Shown here: one piece after another, positions 13,501 to 26,139 of the stretch
How positions within the stretch are numbered: the first letter of the stretch is position 1
Layout of the letters: the number at the start of each line of letters is the position of its first letter
Translations under genes and position numbers: made by a program
Notes under the pieces: generated by a model
What the model saw: only the letters and a program-made list of their open reading frames with translations
What the model was told of the DNA's origin: nothing
The model's database searches: none
Assembly: GCA_030248215.1 (NCBI GenBank)
Contig: JASANG010003092.1
Location: forward strand, 62,001 to 126,000
Direction: 5' to 3'
Source: Enoplolaimus lenunculus
Lineage: Eukaryota
DNA length: 64,000 nucleotides

Positions 13501-16500
13501 GCAATTCTTGCCGAAGACCATATTGACTTTTCAGGTAAGCTTTAAACCTTATAACTATGTAGCTTTTTTGTATTAATTTTACTGAAATTTCGGCCGCATG
13601 CCACAACTATTAAACGGATCCATGAATCATAAGACCGGCATATATAATTACAGTAAAGAAAATGCAATGTAGATAGGACCTAAACTGAGACGGCTCAGAG
13701 TTTCCCAGTGAATGCTGTTCATTTACTAGGTGCAGTTTGTCTTTAGCCACATACAGGTAAATATGAATTATGACATATTGTGAACAAAACATTAACATAA
13801 AATGTCTGTATAATACAACATAATAAACTGAAATTTCGAAAAAGCCATGTGATAAAATTTAATCGCCATAGATACTCAACTGCAATGTACAACATTTCCA
13901 TGGGTCCGGGTTCACCTGTACGGTTCATAAATGACATGAGAGTGCTGGATTTTCTGACAGGGAAAAACAACAAACAGGCTTGCAACCAGCCCAACTTGTC
14001 CGGGGTTATTTTAAAAGGGAACATATGAGGTTTTCAGCTAACTTATTTTTTCTGGCAGGAGCAAAATTTTTCATCGGGGTGATGAGTTTCATTGGCTCTC
14101 TTCTGGCTACAGGCATTAGAACGAAATGAACCATTCCGTCTTTAAATGTGATGGTTCGATTTTCAAAAATTTTGGTCAACTTAGGTTATTGGATGACCAT
14201 TTACATGAGCGGATCATTTCAGCAACAAGTGCAAGTCGTGATAAATTCCTGTCGGGTAAAGCGTTTGACGACGCTCCGGTAAAACGAACAACGCAAGATT
14301 CGATAAAGTTTGCAGGTAAACCGTCTAGTGGTAAAGGGTGAAATAAAAAAATTCAAACTTTTTAAACGTAAAATAGCTATATAACCGTGTTTACAGCGTA
14401 ACGCTATGATACAACTGCGGCCTAGCTAATGATTTCCATAAACTGATTTTGTATTTAGAATTTTTCAGAGTTGAACAACTTCAAAGATAAATTTGAACAA
14501 ATTACCAGTGGCGAAGCTGCGTTGCAAAGTGAGCTTGAAAAAACACCAATTGATGTGCGGTGCCGCGAAATGGGTGATATCAAAGGAAAATTTGAACAGG
14601 TAAAATTAGAATTTCACACACCTTTTGTCTTATGTTACATTTAGGGATATCCTATAGTCCCGTGACACTGTAGCAAACTAGGCTTAGGTTTTAGACCAAA
14701 TATTTTGTTTAGTAATACGCTTAGACTACAGTTTCTTCTTAAAACTAACATTGGTCAGACACTATTGTTAGTAAATTTTTAGAGTGTTTATTTAATAATG
14801 TTCAGCAGCTTTACGTAGGAATTTCTAGACTGGCTTACCGCTCTTGTGGGTGCCAGAGTATGAGTTGGTTAGGGTCGCAAATAATTTCAATCTTAGCAGC
14901 ATTTTTATTGCGTGTACCGCCCACCACAGATCTTCAAAAATTCAAGTGCACCAACTTCAAATTTCAAACTGTATCCAGTGTTCAAATCAACTCGAAAAAT
15001 GTGTTAAATTTCAAAAATCAGCATTATCTGATTGGAAACTTATAAGTCCAATCACTGACAGGTAATAGGGGTTGCACACCATTTCAAAATATATAAACTA
15101 ATTATAAATAGATTTGTGTTTTTGAATTTCTGTCATCCCGTAGTCTTGTAAATTGTGTTGCTATTTGTGCAGTTCACAATAATTTTGTCAATGGTGCCAC
15201 AAAATCTGTTAAAGACCAGGGACATGACGATGATAGCCATAGACTCAATGGCGGATCCATGGGGGCCACCCCGGCCGTAGCCCCCGCAACAGCATCTCGA
15301 CAAAAATTATACAGCAATTTTATGACAATGATTCGTGGTTTGTGTGCGGGTCAAAAGTAAGTTTATTACCTGTGAAATTTTGGCCCCCCCCCCCATTTTG
15401 ACATCCTGGATCCGCCACTGCATAGACTACATGGGATTTGGTTTCATTGTTGACATAATTATTGTGAACTGTACACTACATCATAGGGTGGTGACGCGCA
15501 GCGTAGTCAAGAAGTCTCAGACGAGAAAATGCGTGAAAAAATTGACCGAGAATTCAAGCGATTCAAAAAAGAACGGCGAATTTTACAAGAAAGGGCGCGA
15601 CGGGAAGCAGAAAAAGCGTCCAGTGACGAGTTTGAAGTACCGGTATGTGAAAATTTAGTCCTTTAATTGAAATTTGAAACCGATTTTGGCTTGAGAAGGG
15701 CCACAACAATTACTTAGGTAAAATGTGGTTTTGTCTTAAAGTTTATTTGTCTCAGCTGGTTTTTGTTAGAAACGAAATTTTGAAGTCATTAGAGATTGCC
15801 ATGATTCTTTGTATTTAGCCAGTGTTGGCAAAATTTGTAATTTCAATAAATCATCGATAACATCAAGAGTCTCTAATGACTCTTTTTACTAGAGTGTGCA
15901 ACTGGGTGTATTTTGTGTAGAAAATAACGTACCCAGCGCATGTTGCGTTTTTGGCGTACACCGCCTGATATAGAGGGGATACAACTTGTGCGAACTATGG
16001 TACTGTACGTGTACCAAAAATACTACGCTTATTGGTTGATTTAGAACTATTTTATGTGATAGCGACCCTTCTAAAAAGAGGGTCGGCTTAAATCGGAACG
16101 CCCCGTGGTACGTTTTGTACCACGTAGAACTCCAGGATTTGCATACTCTTGTATAATACACTCTTGGTATTATTAAGTTAGCAGTGTTTCGATGTCAGAG
16201 AATTTTTTGTATTCCAAAATTTATCAATTTAAAAATACGCTTTATTGAATTTTTCGATATTTTGGAATTGACCAAATCCGCCGCAGGCGCAAAAATTATA
16301 AATTTGTGACCTATTTGACTAGAATACACCTTTAGATAAACTATTTGCATTGCACAATATTCGGCATGGCAGGGCTAGCGGAGGGTATACACTCCGATTC
16401 CCCCTTGATCCGAAATCGTTAGACAGTCGAGACTAAAGCCAGTTTGATTTTTAGGTTGTCCCATATGTTCCACCAGAAGATGTTCGCCAATCGGCAGAAA

Positions 16501-19500
16501 TGAGCTCAATAAAGAAACGGTTCGAAGAAGGCACTGCATTTGAACAAGAAGGTATCGAGGAACATAGCTGATTTCACTTTTACTAGCAGTAGTGAAAAAA
16601 CATGTTGTTTCACTACTACTTGCAATCAAAATGAGTTACTCAATAGGGACAGGCGTACGAGTCACTTTTAGCCCCTTTGGCTCGAACGTATTTAAACATA
16701 CAAAAACAGCGTTTAAGCTAACAACTTAGTTGCTATTGTGAAGTAACACAGATAATATTATAAGCTTTAAACCGTACATGATTTTTGATATTTCAGAAGT
16801 AGCCCACAAAGACTACGACCCAAATCTTGAAATCAAAGTTGCCAAAAAAGCACGACAAAAGTTCAAACAAATCGCCGAAGACACGCCAGCCGACGTCCCT
16901 GTGCCTAAGTCACATTCGACAAGCGATAAAAAATGGGCACGAGATGTAGGTATTTTCTAATCAGTTAATTTCATTAACGTGGCAAATTTTTATATATCCT
17001 ATTTTTTGAAAACCCTTAAATTTAAAATAATAATTTTTTCTATCAAAGTTTTTGCATTAAATCCTCTCGAACGAAAGCGCAACTTCAGTTGCACTGGCAG
17101 TGTGGTTTCATGGGGCAATTGACTTGCGTTGCCGTACTGTGCCGGACGACAGTGTACTACCTCAGACGGCATTAAATCACTCAAAAAGTATAGCGCCGCC
17201 CTAATTCACCGTACGTCACCCGTACAGCACCGTCCGTCACGGTGCGTCGCAGTACCGTATTGTACGTCAATTATTCGCATACCATACTGTATGATGACGC
17301 ACGGCGCCGTACGACAAATATAGCGCAACCCTGCTGTCCACAACAAACGAGCTTCCGTTCGACGAACTTGCGAAACGGACCATTTATGCCAAGCTAAAAA
17401 CGACGAGAATGGAGGTCGCGCGTTTACTGCCGTGAGCAAACAGAAATGAAACTTGTAATTCTTGCGGTAACTTTTAACCCCATGAGTAGATTTTATGGTT
17501 AAGATTTCATTGTTTTCTAGACATTTGATTTCGTGTAAACTTTTCTAAGCTTTTAGCAGCAAACTAAATCTAAGAATTGTACAACTCTGTAGAGAGTTAT
17601 TGTGTGAAACTAACAAAAACTGGCAAACTTTTTAGGATGCAGGCCCAGCGCCAGAACCTGTTAATCGTCGGGTACAAGTACAAGACAACGATAGTGACAG
17701 CGAACCAGATGCGTTTGAGGTATATATATCAATTACATTTGTTTTGGTTTGCTGTAATGTTCTTTGTTTGTTCGTTCTAAATGTTCAAATTGACCGCTTG
17801 CCTAATTCTACAGTAAAAAGAAGAAGTTCAATGTTAGTTTTATGGTCAGATATATTTTCAACGTCGTTTAACAGTTCGGGCCTACTATTGGACAATCGAA
17901 ACTTGTAATCACAACGGAATCTCAAGTCGCTTTTTTCCATCTTTAAAATCGCTTATCGTAAATGAACTTCAATTATCTTTGTCGATTAAGTTGAAACAAT
18001 TTCCAAATTCAATTTTAATTTGCAAACTATTTTCAAAACCGTAGTTGAAAAGTGACGTATCTATTTTTCAAATGTCAGGTACACCACAAAAGTGGGGGAC
18101 GCATAGTTGAAAACATTTTCTTTCTGAACTGTTTAATTTAAGGTTAGAAATTTACTGTCAAAATTCAAGAAAATCGAACAAGACGACGACGAAGGCCAAA
18201 AACTTGACGCCACGGGTGTAAAGCCTAAACGACAGTTTACTCCGCCACCGGAAGGTTACAAGTATGGCCTCTGTTATGCTAAATACAATTTTAATAATAT
18301 TTTATTAAACCATGAAGGGGCGGATTTAAGGGTGTTCAAACGATGCTTGCAAATACCTCTCTGTATTAAGCAAAAAATGTAGTCAAATATAAAATTGAAA
18401 AATGTTTCGAGTAAGATAGCAACAATCGGGTATATCGCGTCAAAAATATCGCTTTGGTTCCATGCATCTCAACCTGTGAACCATCCTTAAATTTGTTCTG
18501 GATCAGTCCCTTCCATACTATAGCTAATTTCGGCTGCGCGTAGTATAATTTTTTGTGCGAAAGCTATTCCAGCAACATGTTACACCAGGTCAAATAGCTT
18601 CTGCCATAAGCTATTGATTGAATATAAAGTATAACTTTTTTAGAGCTGAATTTGAATCGCAAGCGGCTGAACTTGATCCGTCAGTGGTTCGTGGCACAAT
18701 AACAGCACCCGAACGCAAGAACAGCGAAACAGTTGTGATTAGCACAGACGCTGCGAAATCGCTGCGCGAAAAATTTGAAGCTGAAGCAGCTGCTGTTGCG
18801 AGCGGTGGTGTCCGAGATGAAACGGACGATGAACGCCGACAACGACTCGAAGAAGAATTCCAAATGTACAAAGGTAAGTTAATTTTTGGTTATATTTAGC
18901 ATAAGTCGTAATAAACCAGTCCAGTCGAAGTGGTTGCAATATGTTCTAACCCATTTCTACTATTTTTTCAATGCTGGAATGACACCTAATGTACGTATGT
19001 TCACGGTTCAGTTTTAATATTAAATATAGTTTGATAAAAAATGGTTTAACGTATAATTGCAAGAACTGGCTAATAATTACCATGAAGTTAACGATCATAA
19101 GACTCGCTTGTGATAGCAATTGTAGTTCAAAAATTTAATTGCGATTAATTTTTCTATCGTACAGTTTTTGAAATATATAAATAGGAAGAAGCTAAACAAA
19201 TTTGAGCCTTACAAATTCGTAACATTAATATCTCGGAGGCGACCGATATATGTTGTAAACATTTGAGGTCTATTTTACGTGCGTGAACTTGTTAGGGTTG
19301 CGCTACACTTTTGTTGACGTACGGCGCCGTCCGTCGCCCGTACGGCGCCGTCTGTCACCATGCGGTATCGTATGCAAATAATTCACGTACGATAACGTAT
19401 AATGACGCACAGTGACGGACGGCGCCGTACGGGTGACGGACGGTAACGGACGGTGCTGCACGGTAATATATCAAATTTAGTCAGCGACTTATAAGTACTT

Positions 19501-20432
19501 ACTTAACTTAAGTGCACATTTAATAACGACGAAATAAATAAGTAATTGCTTAGCACAATACTTAAGTACTATGTCGTATTTAAGTAGAGTTTGACAAACC
19601 CAGTCATTGTTCGGTGTATAGTACCAGGTTTAATTTTTTCCATTTGTTTTCTATGATTGTATATATAGTGTCGCCATATTGTTTTATTTTAGCATTAAAA
19701 GAAAAGCAGCAGCTCGAAAAAACGCCTGAACCATCGTCACCGGAGCCAGACGGTACGCAAGAATCGGCGGCCAATTTCGGTATTGCTGAAGAACATGCAC
19801 ATAAAATGAAAGCCAAATGGGAAAAGATTCACAAAAAAGAAGCGAAAAAAGCGGCCGGAAAACAAAAGAAATCTGCGACAACGGTAAGTTTAAAATTAAA
19901 TGGACACATTTTAACATGATTTTGACATAAAAACTCGCCTGCTCACCATTGACCATTTACGACATTAATTACATTTTTAATATTTTATGCTGTCAAGGAG
20001 TAATATACTTGAAAACTTAAAACTTTTCCAGTTTGTTGAGTTACCCAAATTCAAACTGACACAGATGGTCAGTCCACATACGTTCGAAACTTAAGTTAAA
20101 AAACTATAGTAGGTTAAGGCACGGAATATTAAGCTTAGCCTCCATATTCCAATCTGTAAAATAGCCTGATTTGACGCTGCAAACACCGCACTGTTTATCT
20201 AGAAGTATTGTAAGTGCGGTTTGAGCACGGCATATTTAGCGTATTTAAACCCTTTACCAAAAGCATGTATTACTGAAATTTGTTGCTGCAATAACAGTTT
20301 ACTTCTGCGATCTTCTAAATTTTCTGCGTTGTGTTTTTAACTCTAAAATTGCATAATGCATCCATTTTGTTGCTGGTTCGATTCAAACACCGTAAATATT
20401 TACTGATATTTCAGGAAGCTCCAACAACCTGA
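1517..20432 (+). CDS. LIM-domain protein (~980 aa) with multiple K-x-K-F-E motifs; LIMA1/EPLIN/Xin-like putative actin-binding protein
   Basis: Phase-consistent GT-AG exons: 1517-1609, 1967-2155, 2788-2880, 3069-3120, 3929-4041, 4599-4716, 5133-5269, 6002-6135, 7309-7418, 8126-8203, 10003-10174, 10729-10846, 13143-13273, 13437-13534, 14223-14315, 14469-14599, 15487-15642, 16455-16551, 16797-16945, 17636-17719, 18143-18261, 18644-18873, 19693-19883. The end is either 20032-20094 (stop) or 20032-20067 + 20415-20432 (stop). The frame is also open from 1346 to the ATG at 1517, so the N-terminus may extend further. Confidence 0.88.
6002..7418 (+). other. LIM zinc-binding domain split over two exons (6002-6135, 7309-7418)
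   Basis: The spliced translation CFVCGKTVYAAEKLSLEGKVFHRPCFKCSKCEKNVSVQNYGTYEGKLYCTIH fits C-x2-C-x17-H-x2-C-x2-C-x2-C-x17-C-x2-H. Confidence 0.95.
7455..7812. mobile_element. Palindromic MITE built from TTAAAC/GTTTAA units
   Basis: Inverted ends tactctctaaaa...ttttagagagta and internal aacttaaact/agtttaagt units; intronic. Confidence 0.7.
9655..9863. mobile_element. CACTG-ended palindromic MITE (family A, copy 1), nested in a family F MITE
   Basis: Ends CACTGCAAAAAA...TTTTTGCAGTG, flanked by TA. Near-perfect ~209-bp hairpin with internal GAGTCAAATTTGACTC palindromes. Confidence 0.85.
10951..13094. mobile_element. Long-TIR (foldback-like) non-autonomous element in LIM gene intron 12
   Basis: Ends agtagatgaaaa...ttttcatctact. 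The ~400-bp left arm (~10951-11400) is inverted at ~12640-13094, with an extra tandem arm copy at ~12375-12635. 'tcat' is repeated at both flanks. Confidence 0.75.
15246..15420. mobile_element. hAT-like MITE with a perfect 8-bp TSD
   Basis: Ends caatggcggatcca...tggatccgccactg. CATAGACT is duplicated at 15238-15245 and 15421-15428. Confidence 0.85.
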
Positions 20433-20551
20433 ACCACACAATCCAATTAAATTTATTCAATGTTTACAGACGATTTTTTCAAGCAAGCAATACTAAGATA
20501 CTTAAAAAACGATCTGATATTGATTCAGTGCTTATTTTTCTTGGCTTTCTA

Positions 20552-20760
20552 CACTGCAAAAAATGGTGAGTCAAATTGAACCTCTCCGAAACAGGCTCTA
20601 CGGGACTACACAAAGTGAGTCAAATTCGACTACGCCAAAGTCAAATATGCAACTAAGTGAGTCGAACTTGACTATGGCGGAGTCAAATTTGATTCAGTTT
20701 GTGTAGTCCCGTAGAGCTTAATTCGGAGAAAGTCAATTTGACTCAACATTTTTTGCAGTG
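20552..20760. mobile_element. CACTG-ended palindromic MITE (family A, copy 2)
   Basis: Same ends and internal sequence as 9655-9863; TA flanks. Confidence 0.85.
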
Positions 20761-21326
20761 TAAGTCCACTGCGCCTACAGACTCGTAATGTTACTAGTAG
20801 CAAGTATTAAAGATAAACGAACCATGTTCAAAAAAATGAAAACATACATAAGAGGCCTATACTTCATCCTGGTCCGTCTTTGGCTACGTGTGTGAATTAA
20901 GATGCTGACAACTAACATGGGTTTCCTTTAAATTTCGTATATTTTATTCAAACGGTTTTCAAAATTTAATTTCTTTTGTTATAAATAAAATAGAAATGAC
21001 AGCTTGCTAAATCCGTGAACCAGTTGTACGAAACAATTTTTGAAAAACGTCACAAAATTACACCACAATCAGTACATTTTTTTAAAAAATTAACTTGTTT
21101 CAAAGCTCAAAGAATTGCTTTGAACTGAACACTAACGCCAGCTAAAATTTGATTGCTTGAGAAAAAGATTTAACGGATACGGTCTTGGTTGAATTGTTGT
21201 TTAACTCAGTTTTGTTATAGGTATCTTGCTTTAATATTTATATGGTATAAATGCGTGTGATAATATTATTACTTTGAACGAATCACATATACAGTAATAA
21301 AGTTCAAAACAAAGTGAATATGTCTT

Positions 21327-21610
21327 AGGCCAATCTGCTATTCGGGTCAATATTACCGATGGTCTATACCAATCTGCTATTGTGAGCAAATAGCAGAATC
21401 TACTTTACCAAATAGCGATTGTAACATGCAACAAAATAACAGTGACGTAAAACTAACGCTGATTGGGTAAAGGGTGTTGCGTCTGTTTAAATTATCAAAT
21501 CTATTTGGTCATAAGTTTAATAGCGGTTTGACCAAAGCAAAACTGCTATTACGCAAAATAGCAGATTGGTCTAGGCCAATTAGTAATTGGACTGAATAGC
21601 AGATTGGCCT
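21327..21610. mobile_element. MITE (family G; related copy at ~4150-4390)
   Basis: Ends aggccaatctgctattc...gaatagcagattggcct; shared internal 'aacgctgattgg' block. Confidence 0.7.
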
Positions 21611-22232
21611 GTGACAAATATATATACTTAAACAGTTGTATTTTGATTTTTTTGGCCCATAATCTCGTGCTGTTATAGGTATTGCGAGTATCCCCCACGT
21701 TCACGTTGCAATTGGTTTTGGAAATAAGCAAACTACAGTAACGGTTGCTCTTTGACGTGCGGCGCCCTCCGTCACCGTGCGCTATCGTACGCAAAATTAC
21801 AATTTTTGTGAAACTAGGAAAAATTTGACTACCGAAATTGCCATAACCTCCGGCAAAAACTCTACTTGGAGATCGATTTTCAGCCGGAAGCAAAGACAAA
21901 CGCACCACTTGCACCCTGTTGTAAGCCCGGGGTGCTCTGACGCCTATAAAAGCATCTCCAATGCATTTAAAAAGCCTATAAACACAACTAAAATTTAAAT
22001 TCAAATTGCGCTAAGCTTGCATCCTGCAGATTATAAACTACCAAATTAAATCTTCTAGCATTAAACAGTTCTCGAATAAAATCGGTAGCTTATAAAGATT
22101 GAAAGAGTCAATCAGAGAGCAAGCGTATACCTAAGCTTATTAAACCTAAATTTAGGCGAACGCATAAAGCAATTGTTTTGGACCCGTCATAGGCACCAAA
22201 TTTATATAACAAATTTAGTACATTATTGTTGT

Positions 22233-25200
22233 TTATTGTTGACGTCTATTTCGCTGTCTGTTTCTTCGCTTTTTCCGCAGCATTTTTGGAATGTCTTCAC
22301 ATTTCAAATCTTCTACCCTAAAACGATTACCCAAGGCGTAGGGTTAAACCTTTATAAATAGTATTAAAATTTAAATTAAGTATTAAAACTTGTGACGCGG
22401 AGGAATTTTTTGCGCACGACTGCAATAGAGTACGTTTAAGCTTTAGACTATCTTGCCTAGGTTTAGGCTTGATCCTAGGCATAATGATTATAATTATGGT
22501 TATCCTTATGCTGACGCTTTTGCCAGTGGCGTATACAAACGGAGATAAAAAGGGATAGATCTTACTCGAAATTTCAAGAAAGACTCGAAAATACCAATTT
22601 ACAGTCTATAGAATTCCCTGCAGAGTTTAAAATTTTTTTCCACTCCCTACGTTCGCTTACAAAGACGCTCAGATGTGGTTATTTAGTCCTGAAACGAAAT
22701 CCTGGCTGCAAATCCGGGTTACACTTACTTCAGCTTAGGAATATGCTTATACCAATGTTACGCCACTCGACGAGACATTGGCCAAAACATTTTTGATTTT
22801 CGTTGTGGTTTTCAGTGTCATATAAGCAAACAAGCACACGTCAAACGTACCCTTGTCTATCAAGGCAACGGCAATATGTTGTTGCAATCTTGGATCTTTC
22901 AAGGAGGTTAAGTTTTCTTAATGGTGGCATTTTAAGACATGATCGTGCCAGAGCATCAGTTAGCGATTTAGAACAGCTGAAACAACGAAACTAAGTGTAT
23001 ACTTTGCCAGATGTCTGCATAATCTGCGCACTTTTGCTGTCGAAATATTTGTCATAACTTAAAGGCATGTAAACTTCGGTGCAGGGACTTAAAAAAGGGG
23101 ACGATCGATAATCCACCTTGATCCCCTGCTTGTATTTATCTCTGGCTAATGGAGGGGCGATTCTTTTTTGTTGCAGTTAAAGTAAAAACCAGGCGCGCGA
23201 AAAAATAGCTCGGCAAGGCTGCAGCTGGAACATCCAAGTCCCAATCCTGTGAGATTGGTGCAACGTTGTAATGTGGTTGCGCGTAATTAAGCCAAGGAAC
23301 CGAACCAAAATCAAAAATGTATAAGTCATATCCCAAAGATAGTCGTAGAGCTTGGGTGGTCGTTTCAGCATTAGCCTTCATCGCAGTTTTATGTTTCGAT
23401 CAACGTTCTAAGTCAAAATCCTCATAATATTCTACCCAGCTCAATCCATGGGCCCAACTTCAATTATTGACTACACAAGCGTGCTCTACCTCAGTTCATT
23501 TGAACAGGTATCAATATCATATGAATGCCGTGGTTTCTCTGCAGAATCTTGATCCCGTGCTTTTGTCAGCATGCACGTGTGAAACGAATCTAAAATATAA
23601 ACAATCAACAAATCGATTTCAACTTTCCGAGAGTAAATCTAAGGGACGTATTCTCAAAAGTATGAAGCAATCAAGGGCGTCTCCACCGGGGGTACCGGAT
23701 TGCCGTACCCACAAATAGACTCGATCTAAGTAAACATTCTTGAATTGCAATTGTAGGGGTCCCCAAAGTTTACACGGTTCCCCTTTTCAAAGATAATTTT
23801 CTGCGGACGCCACTGGAAGCACCTATATATCGTTTATTTGATGACAGTTCTGTAACTTAAAAAGCAGTATATTACGATTGGTTAACGAGTTAATGTCAAA
23901 TAACACATTTGGCGCGCTGCCAACGCTTTTGGACCGATCCAAATCAATTATTCGACCATAATTCGTTAACCAACCGTCTAATAACGGAAAATTTAACACC
24001 ATTTGACTCAGGTCTGCAAGCTGCATCGAATGATGTATAATTTGTCAAACTCTTTCACAAAATTTTTTTGGTCCCGAGAGGATACCTTGGTAGTTTAACA
24101 ATATAGAATTTTTTAAAAATTCCAATATAGGCGCGGAATGAGCAGGGAAGGTCATGAGAAGTTCAAATATGTAAAAAATTTTCAAAGTCAAATCCTTTTC
24201 GGGTAAACGCAGGCTGGGCGGATAACGGAAAAGAGCAAAAAATCCTTGCAGCCCCTCCTGAAATTTTTTAGCCCCCCAGCGTGGTGAGCTGACTACAGGC
24301 CTGCCCTTGTTGCAGGTCTGCAGAAGTTACGTACCATCACTCTTGCGTTTGTCGTTCAAACAACAACGAATACAACGTTTGTACGAGTAAATTTCGGGTG
24401 GCATTCGAAACCACGGCTCCCATGTATTCTTACGCTTGTTTTTGCGTTCCTTCTGCCTAGGCGGCGATGTAGTTTGTTCTGCCCTTGCCTTGCTCGGATT
24501 AGACGGACCTCTTCGTCTCCGTTGGCCTCCTCCGATTCTGGCCAAACTTATCCAACGTCGAATTTCACTTGAAGTTCGCCAAAACTTTTGGAACGCTTGC
24601 CGTTTTGATCTGTGCTTTTCTGAATCAATTTGTGCTTTCACACGAATGTCTTCCAGCTCACATATGGCGTATGCTTCTAAATATTTGCCAAGCGACGATT
24701 CACAACTAAAATATCAAATTTGAGCTTTTAAACCAAGGCATAAAGGTTTGAAAATGAATAAGCTATCGCAGTAAAGTTAACATCATGGCGTATGCTTCTA
24801 AATATTCCAAGGACACACAAAAAAACAAAGACAAAACCAAGACAAAAAGGAAAAAAAAAATATCGCAGTAAAGTTAACATTAGATATGGACTTAAATTGA
24901 TGCAAAGAATATTAGAAAGGGTTGAGCGTATTTTCTATAACCTTACTCCAAACAAATAGGGTCAGAAGCTGGGACTCATGAGGCCCCTGTGTGGTACTTC
25001 GGGACTTTTTGTAAGTTCGGTGAGGCACCGAGTGATTTACAATAAACAAACTGTTTTTGATAAAAGTAATCCAATATTTAATCTAGTCGAACAATTAAAT
25101 GAGCGTACTGCTTCTGCCTGCCTGAAGGTTGTAAAATGCTCAAATTGACCAATGATTTTACAAACGTGTCTAGAATAATCATTCAGTCAAGTACAATAAA

Positions 25201-25680
25201 GCCTCCCGAAGAGAAAGAATCCGCCTAGGGGAGGGAAAAGGAGAAATTAGCCTGGGTCATGGGCCATTTGAAGACAGTATGCCCCGCGAAATATATATTA
25301 ATCGACAATATTAGGGCCCGTATTCTCAATTGTGTATAGCATCTATTACCAGTTATTGGTATTCAAACTCACAAATTGTTGCGGTAGCATATCTCAAATT
25401 TTGCACAAAGGGTAAATCAAACCTGAAAATTGTGATGAATTTCTGAGCTTTCCGTTCAGTGATAAGAAAGTCCCAAAACCTGTCATAAACTGTTGATAGG
25501 TGCTACACAACACATATTTGAGAATATGGACAAAAATACTAACCTGTCAGAACACTGAAGATTGAGTTCTGAGCTGGCAACTTCTTGATCTTCGAGACAC
25601 TTTTTGAAGTTTTCACAGTTACACCGTTTCTTTCCGGAAACCTGATGAAAATTATATAATAAAAAAACATACCAGAACAT
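22233..25680 (-). CDS. Putative secreted cysteine-rich basic protein, 272 aa, function unknown
   Basis: Five phase-consistent exons: 25680-25544, 24705-24335, 23589-23490, 22976-22851, 22317-22233. Translation: MFWYVFLLYNFHQVSG-KKRCNCENFKKC...CSDSC...RSKR...KRCIRCC...TYCRCLDRQGVEDLKCEDIPKMLRKKRRNRQRNRRQQ*. The N-terminus is short and hydrophobic and ends in VSG. A TTTTAG acceptor lies 5 nt before the ATG (possible trans-splice site). Confidence 0.8.
25314..25531. mobile_element. PIF/Harbinger-like MITE (family F; other copies ~9520-9928, 46141-46362, ~46870-47090)
   Basis: Ends gggcccgtattctcaa...ttgagaatatggac and a conserved internal ctcaaaatttgcaca core across copies. Confidence 0.7.
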
Positions 25681-26139
25681 TCAGCCTAAAACATAGCTAA
25701 AAATTGATAGATTAACACGTTTATACTCAGTATTTCTGCATCGACCACAGTGTTCTGCCAATGAACAAAGGTTTAAATTCCTATGTTTTTGGAAAAACGG
25801 TAGCGCGTATATTGCAATACAGGTTGGATAACGATAAACATGTGCATCTTGAAAGTTTTAGATCTTATATATAATAACAGAATTTGTTAGAGAATGTTCC
25901 AAATTTTGTTCCCAAAACGTACACACCACTTACCCCAGATAAATATAGGGTCGCCAGTAATAGTGAGACATAAAAAGTTACGAGATTCATAGATCTTATC
26001 ACTTCCAAATCATTTTTAGTTATATTATAAATTACCAGACATCGTTATCTATGCTGAATTTTATAATTAATATCTCACGGCTGTGAGGTCTTAGACACTG
26101 GGATTGGAAATGGTCAATGAATCCGGTCAATGTATACCA

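Noticed and set aside
23136..23381. 81-aa intronic ORF in the Cys-rich gene
   Set aside because: Not needed for the phase-consistent gene model, and it has no recognisable motif.
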